Below the pieces are notes generated by a model that made no database searches, was not told where the DNA came from, and saw only the letters and a program-made list of their open reading frames with translations. DNA of 64,000 nt from Coriobacteriia bacterium (GTDB taxonomy: Bacteria; Actinomycetota; Coriobacteriia; Anaerosomatales; PHET01): positions 64,088 to 128,087 of the forward strand of contig JAXMKZ010000029.1 in NCBI GenBank assembly GCA_034370385.1. The letters are read 5' to 3'. Of this stretch, positions 56,464-64,000 are shown piece by piece (positions within the stretch are counted from its first letter, which is position 1; each line of letters opens with the position of its first letter). The position numbers and the translations under genes were made by a program.

Positions 56464-57105
56464 GTGCCGGATCATCGCGTTGAGAGTACGAGCATCTTCA
56501 GCGCAGCAGGCGTTCCCGCCAGCATGGGCCCGTTCGATGCTCTGGTCATCGGCGCCTCGTTCGGCGGCCCCCCCGCGATCGAGGAGATTCTCGGCGGGCT
56601 GCCGCGGCGCTTCGCCCTGCCGGTTGCCATCTGTCAGCACATCACGCCGGGCATGACGCGCCCGTGGGCCGATGCCCTCACCAGCAAGTGCCGCGTGCGA
56701 GTGGTCGAAGCTCAGCCTCGCTCGCGGTTCGAGGCCGGGACCGTCTATCTGGCGCCTGCGGGGATGCAGATGCGGCTCACGAGCACCTCGCTCGGTCCGA
56801 TGGTGAGGCTGGAGCCCGATTTCGCCGACTCGCTCCACGTGCCCTCGATCGATGTGCTCTTCTCCTCGGCGGCCAAGACCTTCGGGTCGCGCACGCTGGC
56901 GGTCGTACTCACGGGACTCGGAACCGACGGCACCATCGGCATGCTGCAGATTCGCCAAGCGGGGGGTTACACCATCGGCGAGTCGTCACAGACCGCGGCC
57001 TCCTACAGCATGCCGGGATCCGCCCACGATGCCGGAGCAGTCGTGCAGCAGCTGCCCCTGCACCGCATCACCGAGCGACTCGTAGAGCTCGCGAGCGTCA
57101 CCTAG
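56464..57105 (+). CDS. stand-alone CheB-type protein-glutamate methylesterase catalytic domain (no receiver domain)
   Basis: 213 aa. The catalytic-triad contexts are retained: GASFGGP (Ser), CQHITPGMT (His) and LTGLGTDG (Asp). Confidence 0.8.
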   Translation: MPDHRVESTSIFSAAGVPASMGPFDALVIGASFGGPPAIEEILGGLPRRFALPVAICQHITPGMTRPWADALTSKCRVRVVEAQPRSRFEAGTVYLAPAGMQMRLTSTSLGPMVRLEPDFADSLHVPSIDVLFSSAAKTFGSRTLAVVLTGLGTDGTIGMLQIRQAGGYTIGESSQTAASYSMPGSAHDAGAVVQQLPLHRITERLVELASVT

Positions 57106-57129
57106 GGTCGCGCCGCGCTGGTTCGCCGC

Positions 57130-58464
57130 CTACCGGGTCTGGCCGGTGAACGCGAAGGACTCCAGTAGGACTGCCGGGACGAGCGAAGCCCCCTCTTCGG
57201 TACCCACGAAGTGCCGCTGGCTGGTGACACCCGCGCAGAAGCGGAACGCGCGCACCATCGGCTGGGTGAAGCGCAGGTTCTTCAGGGGACGCGTGAGGCG
57301 GCCGTCTTCGATCAGGAAGGTGCCGTCACGCGTCATGCCCGTGAGCGTCACCGGAACGGGGTCCTCGACGTTGACGTAGTGGAAGCGCGTGACGTAGACG
57401 CCACGTTTGACCTCGCCGATGAGCTCTTCAAGCGTGGACTCGCCGGGCGCCATCTCCAGGTTCAGGGGCATGGGGCCGTAGGGGTTGGGGGCGGGGAGCG
57501 CGTGGCCGGTGTTGGGCCATCCGGTCTTGGGCGCCCAGTAGGAGTCCGTGACAGGGCCCAGCGCCACCCCATACTCGATGAGATCGGTGGTCTGCTTGGG
57601 CACGCCCTCGTAGTCGAATGTCGCTCCCATGGCGTGCTCAGCGAGGGCATCATCGGTGATGGTGACGAACTCGCTCATCACGTCGTCTTCGATGTGGTTT
57701 GAGAGGAACGAGCGACCTTCTGTGTAGGCCTTGGCCGAGAAACCGACATAGGCGAAGAAGTCCATGACATCCGCGACCGCCTCGTGGCCGAGTATCACGG
57801 GATAGGAGCCGGCTTCGAGGTCCGTCGGGTCGGTACTGCGCAGGGCGAGTTCAGCGGCCTGCAGGCCCAGGGCGGCCGGATCGAAGACGGCCGCGTCGCG
57901 GGACAGGAAGCTTGCCCAGCCACTTCCGGTCTCGCCCGCAGACAGGACGGTGGCCTGCGCGCCGGTGATGGCTTGGCCGACGTCGATTCCGTGGCTGTTG
58001 GCCACGGCGATCACGTGCTCGGCCGAGCGCACCTTTCCTGCGGCGGACAGGCCGCGCTCGGCAGACGCATCGACTATCGCGCGCACGGCGCCGGCCCGAG
58101 CCTGCGCATCAAACTGCCGGGTGGAGTCGCACGCCCGCTGGGCCGCGACGGGGGTGACTGGTTCGGGCAGCCCGGGGAAGCTTGGATCCGCAGGCGCAAC
58201 GCGTGCCGCAGAGACCGCGGCCTCGCAGCACGCCTTGAGCGATGCATCGTCGAGCCGGTTCGTGCTGGCCACGCCGATCTGCTTGCCGACCACAGCGCGT
58301 ATGCTCACGAGCGCGTCGGTCGAGGCGACATTCTGGTTGATGCGGTTGTTTGCGAACCGCGTCAGCGCACTCGATTCGGCCACCACGAGGGCTTCGGCCT
58401 CATCGGCCGCGGTCATCCCGACGGCAGCCTGCGCCAGTGCCCGAGCCTCATCCGGTGTCATCAT
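57130..58464 (-). CDS. pmbA: TldD/PmbA-family metalloprotease subunit (PmbA-like)
   Basis: 444 aa with family-typical C-terminal features (GxxV...TRFHY..., LLESFAFTG). It lies directly downstream of the TldD-like gene with no gap. Confidence 0.85.
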   Translation of the reverse strand: MMTPDEARALAQAAVGMTAADEAEALVVAESSALTRFANNRINQNVASTDALVSIRAVVGKQIGVASTNRLDDASLKACCEAAVSAARVAPADPSFPGLPEPVTPVAAQRACDSTRQFDAQARAGAVRAIVDASAERGLSAAGKVRSAEHVIAVANSHGIDVGQAITGAQATVLSAGETGSGWASFLSRDAAVFDPAALGLQAAELALRSTDPTDLEAGSYPVILGHEAVADVMDFFAYVGFSAKAYTEGRSFLSNHIEDDVMSEFVTITDDALAEHAMGATFDYEGVPKQTTDLIEYGVALGPVTDSYWAPKTGWPNTGHALPAPNPYGPMPLNLEMAPGESTLEELIGEVKRGVYVTRFHYVNVEDPVPVTLTGMTRDGTFLIEDGRLTRPLKNLRFTQPMVRAFRFCAGVTSQRHFVGTEEGASLVPAVLLESFAFTGQTR

Positions 58465-59907
58465 CTACTGTCCCACCCCCACCTGAACGCCACGGAAGCG
58501 TGCGGGGGAGGCCCCGTGCGCCACGTGAGCCGTCTGCATCGGTTCGCCCTTGCCGCAGTTCGGCAACCCCCAGACCTGCCAGTGGTCAGCCGAGCACACC
58601 GCGTCGCAGCTAGCCCAGAACTGAGGGGTGATGCCCGTGTAGTTGGGCATGCGCACCATCCGTCCGAGCTCGCCGTTTACGATCTCCCAGCCGATCTCGC
58701 AGCCGAACTGGAAGTTCAGGCGCTTGTCATCGATGGACCACGAATTGTTCGTCTCGACGTAGAGCCCGGTTTCGGTGTCGGCGATGAGATCGTCGAACGC
58801 CCAGGTACCCGGTTCGAGCGAGATGGTGGTCATGCGCACGAGCGGGATGCGGTTCCACCCATCGGCGCGTGCGCAGCCGTTGCTCGGGCGACCCATCTCA
58901 GGGGCGGTGTCGCGTGACGACAGCAGTCCCGTGAGGATGCCCTCGGTGACCAGTAGGTCGCGCTGGCCGGGAACTCCGTCGTCGTCCCAGCCGAAGCTGC
59001 CGAGCGATCCTGCGACGGTCGCATCCGCACTCACCGTCACGTGCTCAGAGCCGTAGCGCAGGGAGTCGACGTCGCTGATGCCGACCCATGACGTGCCGGC
59101 AAACGCCGCCTCTTCGCCCAGCACGCGGTCGAGCTCGGTGGGGTGGCCGATGGACTCGTGCACCTGCAGGCCCATCTGCGAGCCGTCGATGATGAGGTCG
59201 ACCGTGCCGGGGGTGACTTCGGGTGCAGTCAGCAGTGCAGCCGCCTCACGAGCGACCCTCGGTGCGGTGCCGACCAGGTCGAGACCGGCCACGTACTCCC
59301 ATCCGGCCTGACTCCACCCGCCGCCGTGCGAGTTAGGGTAGGAGCGGCTGACGACGTCGCCGTCGGCCACCGCGTGCGCGACGATGCCCGCGCCGGTTTC
59401 GTACCAGCTCTGTTCGGTGAAGGCGCCCTCGGTGGAGCCGAGCCACTTGCGGAAGCGGTACGAGCCGCAGCTGGCTTTGGTGATCGAGACCGCGGGCTCG
59501 GCGCGCAGGGCTTCATCGGCGGCGACGAGCAGCGCGAGCTTCTCCTCGAGCGGCACGGTGAACGGGTCGACCTGGCATGGCCCGGCCCACGTCCCGCGCG
59601 CCGGCTCCACCGGAGAGAGCCGGACCGGTTCCCCGCCGACCAACGCACTCGCGCGGGCAATCGCCGTGGCCTCGCGCGCGACCCGGGATGCTTCATCGCG
59701 GGTGACGGTGCGGCTTGCGGCGAATCCCCACGCTCCGTCCACGAGGACACGCACGCCCAGGCCGAAACTGTCTGAGCGATCGACGCCCTCAAGGCGGCCG
59801 TCGGCCACCTGCAGCTCCTCGCGCGACGAGTCCACGACCCGGGCGTCCGCGTACGATGCTCCTGCGAGCCGCGCTGCATCCAGCGCGGCCTCGATGATCT
59901 CTCGCAT
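58465..59907 (-). CDS. tldD: TldD/PmbA-family metalloprotease subunit (TldD-like)
   Basis: Uses the internal ATG at 59907 after GGAGGG. It carries the HExxxH-type motif context GLQVHESIGHPTELD. Confidence 0.85.
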   Translation of the reverse strand: MREIIEAALDAARLAGASYADARVVDSSREELQVADGRLEGVDRSDSFGLGVRVLVDGAWGFAASRTVTRDEASRVAREATAIARASALVGGEPVRLSPVEPARGTWAGPCQVDPFTVPLEEKLALLVAADEALRAEPAVSITKASCGSYRFRKWLGSTEGAFTEQSWYETGAGIVAHAVADGDVVSRSYPNSHGGGWSQAGWEYVAGLDLVGTAPRVAREAAALLTAPEVTPGTVDLIIDGSQMGLQVHESIGHPTELDRVLGEEAAFAGTSWVGISDVDSLRYGSEHVTVSADATVAGSLGSFGWDDDGVPGQRDLLVTEGILTGLLSSRDTAPEMGRPSNGCARADGWNRIPLVRMTTISLEPGTWAFDDLIADTETGLYVETNNSWSIDDKRLNFQFGCEIGWEIVNGELGRMVRMPNYTGITPQFWASCDAVCSADHWQVWGLPNCGKGEPMQTAHVAHGASPARFRGVQVGVGQ

Positions 59908-60178
59908 GTGCCCTCCGTGATCTTCGCTCGGTCGGTTCGGTTGAAGCGCACACGGCTCGGATAGCCGTGAAGCACCTCGCAAGATGTGGTGGATGTCGCC
60001 CCGGGCTTTCCCCCGAAAGCCCGTCACGACGATAGCAGGTTCGCGGTTCAGTGGGTACGCGAAACGACATCCGATATCTCGATGTCGAGTTGAGGTTCAG
60101 GGGCGCACGTCCGCGTAGCCAGCGATGATGTGGCCGAGTCAGGCGAAAACACGAAGGGGCGCAGCCGCGGGTTGCCGG

Positions 60179-61468
60179 CTAGCGGGCGAGGTTCCCGAGG
60201 GCTGCGGTCGGTGAGACACGAGCGCCAGTCGGGGCGGCGGTGCGGGGGTTCCAGGGATACCGACGGGCACCGGCGAAGTCGCGACGGTCGGCGAGCTTGC
60301 TGATCTTGACGAAGTCGCCGGTACGCGGGGCGTGAATGTAGTAGCCGCCGCCGACGTAGATGCCCACGTGATGAATGGGCGATCCGAAGAAGACGACATC
60401 GCCCGGGGCAAGCGCTGCGGCCACGACCTTCTCGCCCAGCAGGAACTGCGAACCGGAGTAGTGCGGAAGCTTGACGCCATGCTGGCGGAAGACGTAGAGC
60501 ACGAGGCCGGAGCAGTCGAAACCGCTGGGCTTCTCGCCGCCCCACAGGTACGGCACGCCGTGGTAGGCGAGTGCGGTCTCGACCGGGCTTCCGGGGGTGA
60601 CGACGATGCCGCGGTCGTTGGCGCTCGACAGTACCTGCGCCAGCAACTCCGACTCTTCGATCGAACGGCGAGCGGCCTCGGAATCGAGCAGCTCGAGCAG
60701 GTCGGTCTTGGCGTCGGCGAGCATCTGCTGACGCTCCTGGATGCGGATCATGACCTCGATCTGCCGCGCCTTGAGTTCGAACTCCAGGGAACGTGCGACG
60801 TCCTGCGACTGGTGGAGCGCGGCGACCTGCGACTCCAGGAGATCCTTCTGGCCGTTGAGCGACGCGGCGATCTCGGCGTCGCGGATGCCGATGGTGTTCA
60901 GGAACTTGACGCGCGACATGAGGTCGGCGACCGACTTGGAGTCGAGCAGGACCTCGATAGCGGCGAGCGAGCCGTCCTTGTAGATCGACTCGGCACGCTC
61001 GCCGAGAATGATCGACTGCAGGTCGTAGGCCTCCTGCGCACGGCCCAAGTCGACCTCCGCCGTCACGACGCGCTGCTTCATCTCGGAGAGTCGGTCAACC
61101 GCTTGGTTGTACGCTTCGCTGGCGATCTCGAGCTCGCGGTCGAGGGCGTCGAGCTGGGCCATGAACTCGTCGAGGCGCTTCTGGCGCTCGGCCAGCTCAG
61201 CCCGGAACTCCTCGGTCTCACCATCGGTGGCGACGTTGAGCTCAGAGCCCCTTGCCGGCGGCTTGCGAGTGGGTGCAGGATCGGCGGGGGCGGGATTCGC
61301 CGGCTTTGCAGGCGTGGCGGGCTTGGTGGGGGTCGTGACCTCAGGTGCGGGATCAGGTGTGGCGGTGGCGACGGGCTCAGCGAACGCAGGTACGGCGCAC
61401 AGCAGGGCCGCCACGGTGGCGAGCGCTGTTGCGCGACGTGCGAGCGATGCGATTCGTGCCGCGTGCAT
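60179..61468 (-). CDS. secreted coiled-coil NlpC/P60 (C40) peptidoglycan endopeptidase
   Basis: Start chosen at ATG 61468 after AAGAAGG; the track start is GTG 61486. A signal peptide (...VPAFA) and a Pro/Ala-rich linker are followed by a coiled coil of about 200 aa. The C40 core reads YLWGGEKPSGFDCSGLV...HHVGIYVGGGYYIHAP. Confidence 0.85.
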   Translation of the reverse strand: MHAARIASLARRATALATVAALLCAVPAFAEPVATATPDPAPEVTTPTKPATPAKPANPAPADPAPTRKPPARGSELNVATDGETEEFRAELAERQKRLDEFMAQLDALDRELEIASEAYNQAVDRLSEMKQRVVTAEVDLGRAQEAYDLQSIILGERAESIYKDGSLAAIEVLLDSKSVADLMSRVKFLNTIGIRDAEIAASLNGQKDLLESQVAALHQSQDVARSLEFELKARQIEVMIRIQERQQMLADAKTDLLELLDSEAARRSIEESELLAQVLSSANDRGIVVTPGSPVETALAYHGVPYLWGGEKPSGFDCSGLVLYVFRQHGVKLPHYSGSQFLLGEKVVAAALAPGDVVFFGSPIHHVGIYVGGGYYIHAPRTGDFVKISKLADRRDFAGARRYPWNPRTAAPTGARVSPTAALGNLAR

Positions 61469-61948
61469 GAGCCTTCTTTCGGTCACCGGACCTACGCTTG
61501 CGCAAGTCCCAACTCGTTTGTACTCCCTTTATCGGGCATAGACGAGTCCAACATCCGATTCTACATCGAATCTGCGTCTTCGGGCGCGAGCCTGGCTCGC
61601 GCTTGAGCCGACTTGCGCCGACACCCTAGGGAGTATGCAAAACAGGTGCCGAGTCGGCGGAGGCCGTGATCATGCGGTGAGTACGCACGATAGTCGCCGT
61701 CTGTCGTCCCTGCAACGCCGTTCGCGGGCCGTTCGACTACGGATGGGCGCCGTTCATCGGCGGACCGATTCTTTATTGCTCATCCGCGTAGTAACATAAA
61801 GCAAGAAAGGGCGCGGCGTCCTACCCCGGGGCAGGTCGACGCAGACGGCCGCGGAAGCGGTTCTCGCACCCTTGAAGGTAACCGAGCGTGGGGTAGGCAC
61901 AGCTTGACACCGAGTAGCGGCCACATCGCTGCTGATTGCGACGCGCAT

Positions 61949-64000
61949 GTGCGCGGCGCTTCTTCGTCTTCCCAGAGGGTCTGGTCCTTTGTCGTCTTCG
62001 GGCTGCTCGTGGCTGTCTTGGTGGCGGGTATCCTCATCAGCTCAAGGACCGCGGTGGCTGCCCCCGACGGATACTCGTACTTCCCGACCGCGAGCGCCAC
62101 AGACGGGAAGATGCTCGCCATCGCCGGGCCGAACCTGCAGACGCTCTCGGGCACGACGATCACCGTGAGCTTCTCGGTGCCCGCCTCCGAGACGACGTTC
62201 ACCTTCGGGTTCTTCGATGGAGCGGTCGATACGCCGTGGGAATTCGGCGCCACCCCGGGACTTGAGACCTCGTACACTGTGTACGCCGATCCGTCGGGCG
62301 TGGGAACCGGCACGGTGGTGGTGGCGGAGTATCGCAGTCAGGACATGCTTGCGGACGCGTGGTCGGATTTCACGCTCACCAACACGGCCACTGCCCTGAC
62401 TCCGTCGGGTCGCTACTTCTACAAGGTCGTCGCGACGGTGCAGACGGCCTCAACGGCCGTCAATGACGTGAACGCGTTCAAGTTCAGGGTGAAGGGCTCT
62501 ACCTACATCACGCCGCTCGGCACGTTCGGCTACTTGGGCGCGTACTATCAAGACGTGATCTATCCGAACTATCCTGCTTTGACTCCGACGACGTACGACG
62601 GGAACTGGGATTTCTACGTTCGCATCCCCCAGGGCAACACACGTTTCGATGTGTGGGACGGTGACTTCGACCTGTCGAACGTCAACGGGACGCCAGGCGA
62701 CACCGATGACCCGAACACCCCGTCCACGATTCCCACTTGGTCGACGGCGGTCGCACTCGCCGAGGCGGCTCGCCAAGGTGCGCCTGCCGACGACAACACC
62801 CCGGGCAACGTGTACCTACGACCTCCGAACATCCGCTACACCGTGTATGACCCACTGGGCAACTCTTACGAGAACCTCAACCCCTCCGGCGGCACGGAGT
62901 GGGAGCTCTTCCGCGTCGACTCGACCACGACCGACACAGCGATCACCGACTACTACGCGAGTGAGATTCCCGCAGGTCTCTGGCGGGTGTCCGTCACCGG
63001 AGTCGATCTGCACAACCTGAACGCCCTCCGCTTTGAGCATCCGATCATCGGTGTGGACGCATCGGGGACTCCCGTCGAACCGGAGTTCCCGTACGCCATC
63101 GGAGACCGTGTGTGGCTCGATGCGAACCGTAACGGCGTGCAGGACTCTGGCGAGACGAGTATCGGAGCGGCTGTCCTTACCTTGCGAGACAGTGTCGGCT
63201 CGTTCATCGCCACGACAGCCGCAGATGCAAGCGGCTTCTACCGCTTCACGACGCTGCCTGGCACCTACACGGTCGACATCAACGATTCGGCCAACTACGT
63301 TTCCGGCGGACCGCTTGCGGGACTACTGGCGACCACGGCGCGAACACAGTCAGTGGTCATCACTTCGACGAACAACTTGACGCTCGACTTCGGACTCGCG
63401 AAGGGGGCCGCTCTCGTCGTGGACAAGGTGCGCGCGGCATCGTCGCCTGCGACGGCGGCGATCGGAGATGTGACGACGTACACGGTCACGGTCTCCAACG
63501 TGGGCAGTGCAACCGCCCACAGCATCGTCGTTACGGACACGATCTTCGGATCGGACCTCGAGTACGTGGCTGGCTCGACAAGCGCGGTTTGGAGTAGCGG
63601 TGCCACTTACACAGCGGTCCCGACCTCGCCGACCGCGAACACGCTGCGTTGGGACTTCGGATCCGGCTCCCAACTGGCGACGGGGACGAACCTCACTCTC
63701 ACCTACCGGTTGAGGGTCAAGCCGGGGGCCACATGGGGGGCGAAACCCGACACCGTCACGGTCGGCGCGAAGGATGCGTCGGGCACGGCAATCGCACCCG
63801 ACGGCAGCACGTGGATTCCGGCTGACACGGATCCCGATGACGCCGACCCCGCGAGCGTTTGGGTGACCGTGCCCGAGCTTCGGGTCACCAAGGTGCGCTC
63901 GTCTGCAGACGCGACGATTCAGGCGGGCCAGGTGGCGAGCTTCACCGTGGTCGTCTCGAACGTCGGCGATTCGCGGGTGCCGACGGTCACGTTGACCGAC
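61949..64000 (+). CDS. large secreted/cell-surface protein, 5' part (runs off the window): unknown N-terminal domain, SdrD-B/Cna-B-like domain, DUF11-type repeats
   Basis: This ORF is not in the track because it has no stop in the window. My own translation in the 61949 frame is open for 684 codons to the window end. It starts VRGASSSSQRVWSFVVFGLLVAVLVAGILISSRTAVAAP (signal/anchor). It continues GDRVWLDANRNGVQDSGE...GFYRFTTLPGTYTV (SdrD-B-like), then TYTVTVSNVGSATAHSIVVTD and FTVVVSNVGDSRVPTVTLTD (DUF11-like). The start codon is uncertain (GTG 61949 or TTG 61904). Confidence 0.7.
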   Translation, partial: MRGASSSSQRVWSFVVFGLLVAVLVAGILISSRTAVAAPDGYSYFPTASATDGKMLAIAGPNLQTLSGTTITVSFSVPASETTFTFGFFDGAVDTPWEFGATPGLETSYTVYADPSGVGTGTVVVAEYRSQDMLADAWSDFTLTNTATALTPSGRYFYKVVATVQTASTAVNDVNAFKFRVKGSTYITPLGTFGYLGAYYQDVIYPNYPALTPTTYDGNWDFYVRIPQGNTRFDVWDGDFDLSNVNGTPGDTDDPNTPSTIPTWSTAVALAEAARQGAPADDNTPGNVYLRPPNIRYTVYDPLGNSYENLNPSGGTEWELFRVDSTTTDTAITDYYASEIPAGLWRVSVTGVDLHNLNALRFEHPIIGVDASGTPVEPEFPYAIGDRVWLDANRNGVQDSGETSIGAAVLTLRDSVGSFIATTAADASGFYRFTTLPGTYTVDINDSANYVSGGPLAGLLATTARTQSVVITSTNNLTLDFGLAKGAALVVDKVRAASSPATAAIGDVTTYTVTVSNVGSATAHSIVVTDTIFGSDLEYVAGSTSAVWSSGATYTAVPTSPTANTLRWDFGSGSQLATGTNLTLTYRLRVKPGATWGAKPDTVTVGAKDASGTAIAPDGSTWIPADTDPDDADPASVWVTVPELRVTKVRSSADATIQAGQVASFTVVVSNVGDSRVPTVTLTD

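Noticed and set aside
61754-61948. 64-aa minus-strand ORF in the large intergenic region
   Set aside because: It has no RBS and a low-complexity Arg/Thr/Val product. It overlaps the probable promoter/leader region of two divergent genes.

Overview
This window is a densely coding chromosomal segment, roughly two-thirds G+C by eye, with about 62 protein genes and one tRNA. I found no rRNA, CRISPR array, transposase, integrase or phage genes, so it reads as core genome rather than an island. The host looks like a high-GC monoderm bacterium, but I cannot assign taxonomy from sequence alone. It combines Bacillus-type housekeeping synteny (rsmI, abrB, metG, tatD, yabE-like, rsmA, veg, ispE, spoVG, tRNA-Gln, glmU, prs, ctc, pth) with coiled-coil NlpC/P60 and M23 wall hydrolases and an SdrD-B/DUF11 surface protein. 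Gene order, left to right: (1) metY(partial)-metX-metW methionine genes, rsgA, and a secreted 12-Asp-box double-propeller protein. (2) An ArsR-family regulator behind an AT-rich palindrome, followed by DsrE-like, TusA-like, NarI/DsrM-like membrane and HdrD/DsrK-like Fe-S CCG proteins. (3) A MacB/FtsX-type ABC exporter, two PLP enzymes, a degenerate HD-GYP membrane protein, a small SEC-C-motif ORF and a PQQ sugar dehydrogenase lipoprotein. (4) A translationally coupled HEAT-repeat/HD-GYP pair, an ImmA-like protein lacking the catalytic Glu, ROK glucokinase and a DUF362-ferredoxin. (5) The housekeeping block. (6) An M23 peptidase, NfnAB/GltD-like oxidoreductase, an orphan LytTR response regulator, the ACT/UPF0210 pair, DUF951 and a LytM-like protein. 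(7) A complete V/A-type ATPase operon (G/H-like, I, K, E, C, F, A, B, D) carrying an extra 62-aa two-helix ORF between B and D, with two paralogous mini-lipoproteins ending in CXXCH at its 3' end. (8) A stand-alone CheB domain, tldD/pmbA, NlpC/P60, and a large surface protein that runs off the window and is absent from the ORF track. The three items most worth follow-up are the ArsR-DsrE-TusA-DsrMK-like module, the non-canonical extras in the V-ATPase operon, and the HEAT/HD-GYP pair that appears to share an N-terminal module. All family assignments come from motif recognition by eye. No database search was run, and start codons are often uncertain in this GC-rich sequence. The many long antisense ORFs in the track are treated as GC-driven shadow ORFs.
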